This document shows positions 49,201 through 61,649 of a DNA stretch of 64,000 nucleotides, piece by piece (position 1 is the stretch's first letter; every line of letters starts with the position of its first letter). The notes beneath the pieces are model-generated. The model worked only from the letters and a program-made list of their open reading frames with translations. It had not been told where the DNA came from and did not search any database. Origin of the DNA: Lama glama (lineage: Eukaryota); NCBI GenBank assembly GCA_028534125.1, contig CM052817.1, positions 76,634,001 through 76,698,000 of the forward strand. Direction: 5' to 3'. The position numbers were made by a program, and so were the translations under genes.

Positions 49201-51404
49201 AAATTGAATCTCATTGACATAGTCAAAGATTTCTCAAAATAACCTGGTTTGTAAGGAAAGGCCATTTTTCTTTAATGCTGTCTTTCAATGTAAAAATCAG
49301 TTCATCTTCTCTAAACAGTTTCTTTCCCCTCTTGTTTCTAAAACGAGCATTCTTTGGAACCTGTAGTGTGTCTCTAATGACAATGTTGCCTAGAATAGTT
49401 CCATTGTTAGTATTGTGCCTGCTCCGCGATGTGCTGCCTGTCCAGATGCAGGAAGGATACAAGAGCACAAAGGCAGATAATGGGCACTTCTGCTCTTACT
49501 GATGACACACAGAGTAAATATGAGTTAAATCTGTTCATCTTAGCATCTGAAAACATGATATTTCCCAGGAACTTAATTTTAATTCCTTTTATTGGATATG
49601 TAATTTTGTCTATGAAGATAAAATTCAACCCATAAGCCACAAATAAAATACATTTAATGACTTCAAATCATATGTGAAAGGTTAGCAAAGTTTCTTCCAT
49701 GGAGATTTGAATTTATACTCTCCCTTTTTCAAAATAAATGATAAGAAAGATCTTATTACTTTCACAGAAACAAAAAATGTACTTAAGATTATTTATGGAC
49801 TGTTAGGCATCATGCCAGCTCATGGCTAAGTGATTTACACAAAAAGCAAATTTAAGGTAGTTGATGAAGTGATTTTAGTTGAAATCACAAATGTATTTCC
49901 AGCACTAATTATTTAGTTTCACATATTATTAACTTTGTGAGCACAGAGGTATAACATGTATTTTTATACATGCGTTCCTTCTACTTTTTAAAAATTCTCT
50001 TTTAACCATAATGCTTGTTTTGTGTTAATTTTTGATTTTATTTCTAGCTTCAGGTGAATGAGCTAAAGGCAAATTTCAAAACTTTAAACATCATTTGGAT
50101 AACATTTTCTATTTTCTCAAGTTTTCATATTTTAAAATTAATTAGTATTCTGTCAATGGATCGATTTCATTTATTTCAAACATGTTGTCCTCTTTTCCCA
50201 TTGCATATATATTTTACTCTAATGCAGGGTTTTCCAGCAATATTCTAAGGATAATTTTTACCCTTCCATGTCATTATGTTGCTGTGATTTCAAACAGTTT
50301 CTGCTTTCAAGATTGAAGCTATAGAAGGAAGTATGTGCAATCTCAGTGCACATTCAGTGACATATTAGAGAAGCAAATTGAATCAAAATGCTAAGAAACA
50401 TGAACACATTTTTAAACTCTTTCAGAGTTCACAAAAAATTACTCCACCTCCCAATTTTCGATTAAAAGATGAAAATACTTAGAGGTGCATAAAAACGGCA
50501 AAATTATCTCCATGGTGCACAATATCACAAAAAATTGAAAACCAATGCCTAAAATATTCACTTTTGACCAATTTGTCATGTTGAGCAATTTGTCATTATG
50601 ATCAATTGGTCAAATCAGCCAGTTTATTTTCAACCAATTCACCTATAGTTTAATAGAATCATTCTATATTTTCCCGTGTTAGCATAGAAATTTAAAAGCC
50701 CCTAAGAGAGAAAACTTGGTTCAGAGTGAATGTTCATAATGTCTTCCAAGAAGTACATTTTTATCTGCTCCCTAGATTCCATTCCTTTCAGGAGATTCAG
50801 TTACTATGTGTGCAACATAACCTAATTTATGAGTGATTTTAATATTGGCTGATATTTAATATGAGGATGTAGCATGCAAGGACCTCAAAAGTACCAATTT
50901 TACAAGATTTCAGAAATTATATCTAAGATCTATTGGAGTAAAAATAACAAGATACAGAAAAATATGATTAGAAGGAGTCTACATGTGCACAAAACAGAAC
51001 AAATCAAAACAAAAGTCTGTTTTTATGACAAAGCTCTGAACAAATAGTATTGGGGCTAAGGAATTACAGGGTAGGAAATCTCGTTTTTGCTTGGTAGCTT
51101 TTTTTATGTTATTTAGAATACTTTTAAACATTTAGCCACTTTGATAATTTAAAGATTACATAGTTGATGTGAACGGGCAGCAATTTGGCTAAAAGTACAA
51201 ATAAGTTTGGGCATGTCTAGAGGAAAGCATTACAGTCTAGAGAGAGAACTGGAAAGCCTGACATTCATACATTATGGGATAGAGACCCCATAAGAGGAGA
51301 ACAGGTATCCTTGACTCTCTAGAGTTTAAAGGGAGATTGACTGGTGAGCTGAGCTTCTCCTGCCATGGAGACAGAAAATGTAGAAGATAAGGCTTCCTAG
51401 GCTC

Positions 51405-51935
51405 TATCAAAGCAAAAACTGTACTAGAAAAGTTACACAAGCAAGGAAGACTTTATTCAAGACTATTGCACAAAAAGAGAGAGACTGAACTGCTTTCTGC
51501 TAAAAGAAAAGTCAAGAGAGTTTTTAAGTGCTGAAGTGAGCTGGTAAAAAAGTACTAGAGAATGTTAGGGGCTAAGTTCATAAATGAGAAGTGTCAAGCA
51601 CATTGAGTTTTCTTAAATCTGCAGTTTTTTTCTCTGTGATTAAGTCACCTATTTGCTAAGTGGAGCTCATTGAAGTTAGGCTCCTGCACTACTGCAGACT
51701 GGAAGATAGGGGCGCTATCTTCCTTAATGAATATATTTCAAAGGGATATCCCCTAGGTCTTGAAGAGGTTATAAAAATGGTAAGAAGCTTTTAGAAAGAA
51801 GCATCAAAAGAATTTAAAACTACCAGTTTCCTAAGGTAAATGCTCTAAGAAGAGGGAGATCAGGGGTCTATGATTAAGAATAAGCCTGTCTAAAGTTGAG
51901 TCCAGTTGAGAGGAACATTAAGGCCATCTTGGTCA
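51405..51935 (-). mobile_element. MER67-like ERV1 LTR
   Basis: Reverse complement starts tgaccaagatggccttaatgttcctctcaactggactcaactttagacaggctt. Confidence 0.82.
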
Positions 51936-52278
51936 TTTCTTTAAATTACTATTTATAAAACCTTTCACCACCTGTGGGATCCTGAGAATACTATAATAAC
52001 CAGCTATGAACCAAAATGAGATTTTTACAGACAAAAAATAACTTATGTAAGGGAGTCTAATAGAGAGGCAAGGTGAGGCAAATACTTCAGAACACAAAAG
52101 TCAAAGATATAAAATTGCTTAGAGTCAATTGTACAAATATCTAAGTAAATAATAAAGCACTTAAGAAGATTCAGTGCATCATATAAAAATAAGATACTCT
52201 AGAGCCAAATTTATCTTAGCAAACTAAAGAAATCAATAAATGTTTTAAGGAAAGTATGTTACTTTTAAGACTCATTTT

Positions 52279-52413
52279 TTAAAATTTAGTTCATTATTTG
52301 GGGAGGATTAGATTTTTATTAATTAATTTTTTAATGGAGATACTGGGGACTGAACCCAGAACTTTATGCATTCTAGGCATGCACTCTACCACTGAGCTAT
52401 ACCCACCCCTGCC
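52279..52413 (-). mobile_element. tRNA-derived camelid SINE (vic-1-like) with 12-bp TSD
   Basis: rc gggtatagctcagtggtagagtgcatgcctagaatgcataaagttctgggttcagtcccc has A/B boxes. TSD aagactcatttt at 52267-52278 and 52414-52425. Confidence 0.9.
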
Positions 52414-53288
52414 AAGACTCATTTTATTGGACTGAAAGTTTAAGTTCAAAAAATATGTCACAGAACACACACACACCGAGATAGAAAGCTTATGCGAGAA
52501 GAAACAGTAGATCTAATACAATAGGTCCAAAATGAGGAGGGAGGGGGGATGAAGGTATAGAAGAATGGCAATAATTAAACAACTAATAACAGTAAAAATT
52601 CCTAAGTAAAAGAAAAATGTGAGTGTGCAGACTAGAAGGGCTGACCCCTTTTTCAGGTGGAAGGATGGAAAATTACATATGCCTAAATTATAGCACAGTA
52701 CAATTCTGAACCTAAAGGCTTAAAAAAAAAAACTCAACTCCTTCAACAGTAAGAACAAATTAATTAATAGGGAAAAAAGAAAAGAAAGTGGACATCAGAC
52801 ATCAATCCTATTTGCCATACCAGAATTTAGAATACTATATACATCTGCCAAGGAATAAGAAAGATCATTTACAAATATTGGATCATTATGTCGTACATTT
52901 GAAATTAATATAATGTTGCATGTCAATTACACCTGAATATGAGTAAACATACATATGTACATAGCATTCAGAAAATTAAAAGACTATCCAAAGCATCTAC
53001 AAGAAAATGCTGTGCATCAAATACCTAATGTTTGAAGTGATGCTCTGTTTTACAAATAATCAGAAAATAGAATCAAGTTTATGATGATCAAGGAAAAGAA
53101 GTTATGGAACCAAATGGCCACTGTATCAAAAGGATAATCAACACACTGATTTCTTCAGAAATTTTCAGAAAATGAGAGGGAGTAAGCTAAGGTTTGTAGA
53201 TGACTGCAACAAGAAAGGGTTATCAGATAGTACCAGCTCCATAGAGGGGTGTTTAGGGAGGAGAGAGAGAAAACTGCATAGAAGGAGA

Positions 53289-53678
53289 ACTGGGGGACAA
53301 TCCCCAAATGTCTCTTGCATTTCTGTGCGTCTCCTGAGCAGACTGCCTTTCCTCTGGACCATCTATTCAAGAATGTTTATATAGTGAACAGTTTTGGAAG
53401 ATAGAAATAATAAAGGGCAGAGTTGTTTACTGGCCATTATAATGAAAATAATGTTCCTCCATATGGTAAAGTCAAGGTAGGCTTATCACCCATTTTAAAA
53501 GTTGTGTGTTCCCTAAGCTCAGGATTCCCTTCCTGTAAAGCATCCCCATGTGTGCATATGTCACATGATCTCTTTCTGTCACCCTGCAGGAATTGGATTT
53601 GGCAGAAGTGAAAAAAGAGAAATGATGAAACTCTGGCCACTGCTATTGCTGTGAGCAATAAACTGCCCTTTATCTCCG
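53289..53678 (+). mobile_element. LTR40-like ERVL LTR (3'-truncated)
   Basis: gggggacaatcc...gactgcctttcctctggaccatct...ttggaagatagaaata...ttccctaagctcagg...gctattgctgtgagcaataaa. Confidence 0.8.
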
Positions 53679-53944
53679 GGAGAGAAAAGAAAGAAAGAAA
53701 TACCATCCAAATAACAAAAGAAACTGAACCGAGACTTGATGGGGATGATGAAAAATGGAAAGACCCATACTGATAAATGAATATATATACATACAAACAC
53801 AGGGTCAGTGTGTCTCTCTCTATTAAGTCATATTTTAATGGGTAGATAGTCTGGGGAAACAAAATATAAAACCTGGAACAAAAGAGGGCATACTCTAAGG
53901 GAAACCCTCAATACTCTATATGTCCCAAAACCAAGAGTTGGGGT

Positions 53945-54640
53945 AAGAGGTGGTGGACATAAAATTTTCTAAATTTTCCCTTGGGGAGAGAGAAATAGGG
54001 AGGAAGGAAGGAGAGAAAGGGAATAAATACGTATTTGAAGCTCTCAACACACCAGAAAGACCTAGGAGAGGGAAAATAAGTAAGAATATGATGGAGAGGC
54101 AAAGAAAAGCTTTTACAGCAGGGAGAGGAGGGGTTAATAGCATCTCAATTAATTAAAAAAGGGGGGGGAGGATAAAAGCATCCTTGTTTTGTGCCTGAAG
54201 GCCTCCTGGAGGACACTGAAAACCAAGAGGGAGCTTAACAGGGGTGGACTGCAGAATCCAGGGCTTAGAGAAGCACCACTCCAGGCCAGTGCACTGGCAG
54301 TGTCCTAACCTGCAGAACTGCAGGTGAGAGAGGCACAGATAGGCAGTAAGGGGAGCGTTGAAGAATCACAAAAGCACACCGAGAAGGGGTCAAGTAATCA
54401 GTTCTGAATATGTGGGAAAAGACTTCTTGTTCAAAGCTAAAACTTCTCCACTTTCCTGCCTTGGAACTGAGAAGGCTGGGAGCCTGTCCTGGCACTACCC
54501 CCTCCCCCCAGCTTCCATCCACTCACGCCTCATGACCTCTCAGGCCCCCAGGTTGGAGGAAGGTGAGTGAGATGTGGCAATGGGACACAAAAAAGTCTTA
54601 TTTGACTACTAACTATCTGGTATTGGTTTCTACTAGGTTT
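53945..54640. mobile_element. Probable ancient LTR (Gypsy-like/LTR85-88 group), family unresolved
   Basis: Purine- and GC-rich LTR-like composition only; no TSD identified. Confidence 0.3.
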
Positions 54641-55519
54641 GAAGATGTTTGATGCCAAATGAAATCTTTCAAGTTTAAACATCTCTGACTACTTCTTCAT
54701 ACCATTCTAGTTCACCCCGTCCAGCCCCCCGACTCTGAAAATTCTCTAAACCGACTAGGACCTTTTCAATGCATATCTCCAACATTTCTCCTGTGGAATT
54801 TACAAGCATACCCTGAGCAATATCTTCCAGTTAAATGCTTTTTCAGTAGGAAACATCTTGTTTTCAGTACACATATTTAATAGGCATATCTCTCAAGAAA
54901 ACATTTTTCAGCTTATATTTTAATGGGAAAAACATATACTTAAGTTCCCAAAACTTAGTATAACATTTTAAACAACAAAGAAAAAAGTGCAGGTAAATTT
55001 CAAGGTATATTCTGTATATAACTGATAAAAATGTCAGAATTAGATGTAAGCATACTGAAGATCATTTTTACATACAAAGCAATTACTAGTTATTGCCAAG
55101 CAACAATTTTAAGCTTTCTCATCTAAAATTTTTTAAAATTTCTATACAGACATTTAACTAAGATTAATTATACTTAAGGAAATTGGTCCTTAGTTTTAGG
55201 GTTAATATTTCCCTAGGGTTTCTATTAGGGTTAATAACTCTTTTTTAAATTTTTTCCTTTACACAAAATAGGATATAGGCTCTTGGTTAGCTCTTTTGCC
55301 CAAAACATCTGGTTTTTCAAAATGGATTATTAACTAAATGAGAGTTCTCATATTTCCTCACCATCTGGCATCCAATGTCTAAGTTAATAAAATATGTATG
55401 AGTTTTCTATGATGGTAGCCCCCTTAACGCTTCAAGTTCTGTGTTAGGGGAATCCTAGTTGCTAAAACAAACATGCATCAAGATTTCAGTGACTTAAAAA
55501 AATAAATGTTGCTGATCTC

Positions 55520-56200
55520 GTTACAACAGTTGCAGCCCCTGGCTTCTGGTGCTGAAGTGCCACTCCTGGCTCCTGTTGCTTCAGGGCCCCATCATCCCTT
55601 TTGCCAAGCTCTGTCACCACCTTTCCTAACACAGGTCCTAGCCTGCAAATAAGAGCCACCGTTATTTTTAGCGACCTGATACTTCTCTCAGGCGACATAT
55701 CCCTCGTGCATTTCACAAACGGTATGTCCTCTGGACTCTCATAGATGCATCCTGGTGGGTCTTATTGCTTCACATAATGTCCACATTCCAACATGCCTCT
55801 CTTTCTGAGCCCTTTAATCCCACTCCCCCCATCCTCCGTGATAACGCAGGCATTTCAACATTGCTCAGTATGAGCTACTGCTGTCTCCAGACTTCTAAGA
55901 GCCACCCTCCCAGTGAGTTTACTGAATCCCCTCAGGTTAACATCCAGAGAGTTAACATCCTAAAAGAGCTCACCCAGAGTATACTGGCTCTTACTCATCC
56001 AATCCCATGCCAATGCCATGAGTCCTCCACTGAGAAGCTCCACGGGGCTTCAGAACTCTCTAAGTGCTCTTTGGTGGCTACCCAAAGATTCACGATGCCC
56101 TGCAAGTCCCAGTTCAGACACCAGGGAAGTCCCAACATCAAGAAGCCATGATAGAAAGCTACATTTGAAGATATACAGGGAATCACCAGAGCCAGGGACC
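55520..56200 (-). mobile_element. ERVL-class internal gag relic (ERV3-16A3-like)
   Basis: Minus-strand NSLGGWLLEVWRQQ*LILSNVEMP and SLKITVALICRLGPVLGKVVTELG match ERVL gag NSLLGWLLEAW...NEVEMP and SVVALLCRPGLTVGEAVTELG. Confidence 0.8.
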
Positions 56201-57121
56201 AAAAAGGAGTTACAGCCGGATATCAGGGCATCTGCAAGTCATCAACAGCCCGGGTAGTGCCCAGTTAACAAAGAGCAATGGCTCAGGTCTCTTGGAGCAG
56301 TTGTCTTGCTCGGACAGCAGACTGAGACTCCAGCTCTGAGGCAGTGAGAACAGATTCTAACTCAGAGCCCAGCAGTCCTGAGTCATGACCGAGTTGCAGA
56401 AATGGCTTTGTGTGAACAGGGGCGTCCTGCTGACGACTTGCAAAAATACTAGTTTCCCCTGTACTCAGATACTATTCAGAAGGGGAGGGAAACAGGCAGG
56501 ACCCTAGGAGGCTGGAGAGGCAGAAGTGCTAAGGAGTTAAACTTTGAATTCATTGAATAAATTACCCAAAAGGCACTCATTTAGACTGAGGAAAAAAAGT
56601 TCTAAACTGGAATTTAATGACATATTTAATCATTATTGTTTATCTCCCATTAGGGAAATGGGGGTTTATGTGCAAAATGATATCCTTTGTTAAACATAAA
56701 GGAAGTTTAGAACCCTGTGGCTTTCATATTTATTCATATTCATATTCCCTTAGGAGCTTTTTCTTAGGAATTTTTTCTTAAATTCTTTTGTTTATGTTCA
56801 TCTATAAGAGGAGATCGTTAAATAGGAAAAAAGAACCCATTGTGTTTGAGTCTCCAGTATTCATTCTAGCCTTCCTTGATACAAACATAGTTTTAGGAAT
56901 TGACTTCAGATCCAGGAATGGTCCTAATTAATAAAACTACTCACAATACCCATTTCCCTTGCCAGGAATTGGTTAAGGAACCCAGATTAATCACTGCAGT
57001 GTTTTCCCACAGCAATAGGCAAGCGACTTGTGTTAAATTAGCATATTGGGGGGAAATGTATTCTATAGATGCAAAAGAGGAGATGTGGATACAACAAAGC
57101 ATGTGGAGTCTTTTCTTAACC

Positions 57122-57673
57122 TGTAGTGTCAGCCTTGTCAGCTAGTTTATCTTTTCTGTAATGCAAGTGCCTGGCTTCAGCTTTGATTGAGGAGGCATCC
57201 ACCTCAAAGACGGCTGTCTGCAAAGAACAGCTCACCAGCCCATGGGACTAGATAAAGAGGCAGGCACCCTTGGCCCTTCTATCCCTCACACTAGCCCCGC
57301 ACCCCAGGACCCTTTGTTCTAGAGCTCTTGGTTGATTTTGGTAACTGGCCGTTTGGGCCTTTGCTTTTTCTCTTCTCATGCTCTAAATTCCTGCTATATA
57401 GGTTTTATTCACCAATACAGAGCGAATCTGAAAAACCCTAGGCCCTCACCCTCAACTCCAATAAAAGCAGAACCCTGTCACGTGCCCTCCTTCTTTCTCC
57501 CCTGTAACCTCCCTATGTGGCCCCAAGTGTACACTGTCATTTCCAGGACTTGTAGGTAATAAACATCTCTCTCTCTCTCTCTCTCTTTCTTTCTTCCCAA
57601 AGTTTCCTGATGGCTAGTGCTGAGGGTGTTTTCAGTCACAGTAAGAACCACAAGCGCAGGTGCAGCCACAACA
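57122..57673 (+). mobile_element. ERV solo LTR nested in an MLT1J-like LTR (about 56900-57914)
   Basis: TG...CA ends, ccaataaaagc and gtaataaac signals, internal (CT)n. MLT1 text on both sides ends gcatcccaactggtaca. Confidence 0.55.
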
Positions 57674-59082
57674 CTGGTAATTCACAGGCTGAGACCGACA
57701 CAAAACACAGCCATCTCATCCCAGGGAAAGAACCTCAGAGAGAAATGAGTATTGTAAACGCAGGCCGGAGGGATGGAGGAATCCGAGTCCTTAAGGATAT
57801 AACTGAGCTGCTGAATCTAACGGTCGTGAACCCACACGACTTTTGAACTTTTGGTATTTCCTTACTTGTGTCAGGCATTTTGTTATTTAGAGCCAGAAGC
57901 ATCCCAACTGGTACACACATCAACATGAAAGGTCAACCTAACAATGTTCTTGCAGCTGGTGGTCCCTCTGCATCCGTGTTATCGCAGATGGAAGACGTGT
58001 ACTGCCATTCAACACCAAAGCTTTCCCAGGAGTGAGCAGGGGCTATTCCTAAAATAGCCACAGTAGTAACCACAGTGGTGGTCAGCTTGCCTCCCCAGCT
58101 GTTGACGCTATTCTGCAGTCCTGTTATCAAGATCAGTGAACTGTTCTCCTCATTGAATTCATCTTCATAAAAGAAAAATGTTCCTTAAATTGTAGAAGAG
58201 GGTGTGTTTCAGGAAGAGAGAATATTTTCTTCTGACTAACAATAATCTCCAAACCCTCCATTAGGGTAAAACAAATTTTTTAAATGAAAATAATTATCAT
58301 ATAATGACATTAATCTTGTAATTTTCATTCACATTCCTTGCTAAAAGCCACAGCAAAAGTGCTACCTCTTCAAGTGCTCCTGCGTGGAGCTTATTTATAA
58401 TATATAAATATGGGCAGAAATTACAAGGCATTCTCCAAATGAAGAATTTTAGGGAAAAAAGTTACATAAATGCAATATATCTAATTATTTTTAAAAGAGA
58501 GAGGAAGTGAGGAAAGACCTAGAAGGCTCTCTCTCTCTCTCTCTCTACTAGTAGAACAAATAATTAGACATGTTTCTTAAAATGCTTCTTTATCTTAAAG
58601 CAGTTTCTCTTTTAATTATTAGTATCTGGTATTTAAACATATATTGAAAGGAATGTAGGATATTGCAGGTAATGTTTTGTTCACTACTTTTGGAGCTAAT
58701 TTGTTGTGACACTTGTAAAGTTACATGTCAGGCAGGAAATTCAAAAAGAGAGATTCCAAAGGAACACACTGCCAAGTTCTCTGGCTAACTTACCTCAATT
58801 CTAGATGCAGAGCCACTGTCACAGTTAAGGGAGCTTTGCCATAGGATAATTCAGCTGATGCTTGACTTCAAAAATGCTTTTGTTTATAATATTTGCCTTT
58901 AGAATGTATCTGCACAGGGAACCCAAATTCTAATTCCAAATTCTGATATTTTGACCTTAACTCCTAAGAGCTCCCTTTGCCACTCCAATTGTTCATTCAG
59001 GATTTACTCCAGAACTGTAAAGCTAGTCAATATTTTCTTAAAGTTATTTAGGTTTTCAAAATAGTACTAAAATGTTTAGCAA

Positions 59083-59293
59083 GGGAGGTGGGTATAGTTC
59101 AGTGGTAGAGCACAAGCTTAGCAAAGCACAAGGTCCTGGGTTCAATCCGCAGTACCTCCATTAAAAAAAGAAAAGAAAAGAAAAGAAAAGAAAAGAAAAG
59201 AAAAGAAAAGAAAAGAAAAGAAAAGAAAAGAAAAGAAAAGAAAAGAAAAGAAAAGAAAAGAAAAGAAAAGAAAAGAAAAGAAAAAGAAAAAGA
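59083..59293 (+). mobile_element. tRNA-derived camelid SINE (vic-1-like) with expanded tail
   Basis: gggtatagttcagtggtagagc...ggtcctgggttcaatcc has A/B boxes; degenerate TSD aaaatgtttagcaa / aaaatgattagtga. Confidence 0.9.
59166..59280 (+). repeat. (AAAAG)23 perfect pentanucleotide microsatellite
   Basis: 115 bp of uninterrupted aaaag units. Confidence 0.97.
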
Positions 59294-60363
59294 AAAATGA
59301 TTAGTGAAGAATAAGATGAAAACTATATAAGAAAAGAAAAGATATCTGCCATGTCAATTTGAAAAAGCACAGCATTTACACACGAGAAAAAAAGACCCTA
59401 CATATTTCGTAATGTGACATCACTCAATCTGGGTTTTAACTCACTTCCATGAGTTTTAATTTATTTTAACTTATAAAATAAATGAGTTGTTCTAAATAGA
59501 TCTATGAATAGTTCCTAAGAGCTATAAGATATTAATCTGAGAACATACCAATAAAATATAAAAACCACAAACAGAAAGTAAAAAATAGTAACATTTAAGA
59601 GGGATCTGTGAGAGAATTTGGAGCCCAGAAGGGTGACAAATCAGTTCTTTTGTCATGTTCCATCAATAGAACAGAATCTATATCCTAAGTATTAATCTAC
59701 AATTTTAGTAACTATTATTAGGTATCCCCCACTATCTTCTTTCTAAAAAGGAAAGTACAATATCATACCTCATTCTCTCGTATGGTATCCAAAATTCTTG
59801 TTTTTTGTGGCCATCAGATGCTTTGAAATATTTTCCTTGATTTATTACTTCTAACAATTCAGCAATAAATTTTATTTTAAATTCATTCTATTTTACTTAG
59901 CTAAGAACATACAAATTTTCTTCAACTTGGACAAGCCACTTTCTGAATTTGAGACTCAATTTTTCATCAGTTAAATGAGGGAGAGGGAATGCTGGACAAA
60001 GTTGCTTCCATTATTTCTACCATCACTGAAGTTGATGACTTCACAGCCCGATAAGAGATATCTACTACAAAATTACTTCTCTGGTGGAAAGTGGAGCTAG
60101 AGGCAAAGAATGGGAAAGTTCCCTGCTAATTACTACATGTAGCTGTCAGAGAGAATCTCAGAAATAGATTTTTTATAAAATCTTTAGATTTTTACTTATA
60201 AATTTTTTTAAAAAACTATTTTCCAAAGTAATGAAGTTTTGCTTGTATTACCTCAATAATTTAAAATTACATAACCTACTAAAGTAACTATTTTGAGGTC
60301 ATCACCATTCATTTGGAAATAAAATTCCCCAAAATTACTCAGTAAAAGTAACATTCTCTAAAT

Positions 60364-60415
60364 ATTCAAGATCCTGGGAATATACACACACATAGATATT
60401 CCCAGGATCTTGAAT
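60364..60415. repeat. Perfect 20-bp inverted repeat with 12-nt loop
   Basis: attcaagatcctgggaatat-acacacacatag-atattcccaggatcttgaat. Confidence 0.97.
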
Positions 60416-61050
60416 GGATATATCTTCTTGAGAATTCATACTACTTTGGTAAACTAATTATGAATCCTTATTCAAGAAAAACATGGCTTTTTGCCATATA
60501 ACAATATAAAGTTGTGAAATTCACATATACCAGGTTATGTTCTAAATATTTTCTTAAAGTTCTGTCTGTAACTATCCCATTTGGGTGGTAATGAAAGGAG
60601 AGCAGATTGTGGATGGTATATGGGGAATACATACCAGTATATACCAGTATATGATTTATAATGTCCTCACCTTGAGAAATAGTACAAGGTCATACGTTGC
60701 AGAGTGTTATCTATAGAATGTAGAGTTTTAAAGTAAGTGGATCAGAGATCATTTGTATTGATAAATGAGATTTGTCCACAGAGTACTTTAATCCCTTTGT
60801 ATTGCTAAATTTTTTGTCCATAGATAAGATAATGCACCTAAGACTATGGTACTATGATAACCCCTGCTTCCCTGAATGGATCTTAAAAATAAGTTGGATC
60901 TTGGAGGTCAAAGACCAATAAAAGTTAAGCACTCTTTGAATAAACCTCGGGGAAAAGGAATCAGTCAGCAACAGGTTCTGCTGGAATGGCTGGGGAGAGA
61001 CTGCTGTGACACGTATCCTATCTGTTCAAATGATACCTACAGAACCAACA

Positions 61051-61465
61051 CAGGCATACCTTGGCGATATTGCAGGTTTGTTTTCAGACCACTACAACAC
61101 AGTGAACATCTCAACAAAGCAAGTCACACAGATTGTTTGGTTTCCCATTGCGTATAAAAGTTATGTGATAGTCTATTAAGTGTGCAATAGCATTGTCTTA
61201 AAAAATGTACGTACCTTAATTAAAAACACTTCATTGCTAAAAAGTGCTAATGATCATCTTAGTCTTCGGTGAGTTGTAATCTTTTTGTTGGTAGAGGGTT
61301 TGAAATGTTGTGAGACTTACCAAAACATGACACAGAGACGTGAAGTGAGCAACTGCTGTTGGAAAAAATGGCACCGATAGACTTGGCTCCACAGAGGGTT
61401 GCCACAAACCTTCAATTTGTAAGTAACACAGTATCTGTGAAACACAATGAAACAAGATATGCCAG
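61051..61465 (-). mobile_element. Tigger1 internal-deletion MITE (Tigger1a_Art-like), second copy
   Basis: TIRs caggcatacctt / aagatatgccag, TA on the right; same internal junction as 23964-24389. Confidence 0.9.
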
Positions 61466-61649
61466 TACAATAGTTATGACTGCCCCATCAAAGAAGGTAG
61501 TAATTGGCAAGTCACATTCCAGCAAGGGCCATTAGCATCAGATCCACTTAGGAAAATTATTCGTACCAAGAGAAAACAGCAAAAAATTGTTACCACATTT
61601 TGAGAAAAGCGATATATAGCAGGGAACAGGGTTTTGATATTACAGTACC

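Noticed and set aside
49080..49640. Cluster of overlapping 61-81 aa ORFs as a coding exon
   Set aside because: No consistent frame bounded by both splice sites and no recognisable protein similarity.
50563..50614. Short repeats as a CRISPR-like array
   Set aside because: Units are adjacent with no spacers, the context is mammalian and there are no cas genes.
52279..52413. tRNA-like sequences here and at 59083-59160
   Set aside because: They have A-rich tails and TSDs and no intact cloverleaf, so they are SINEs rather than tRNA genes.
53437..53862. 141-aa minus-strand ORF
   Set aside because: Spans an LTR40-like fragment and low-complexity flank, with no recognisable domain.
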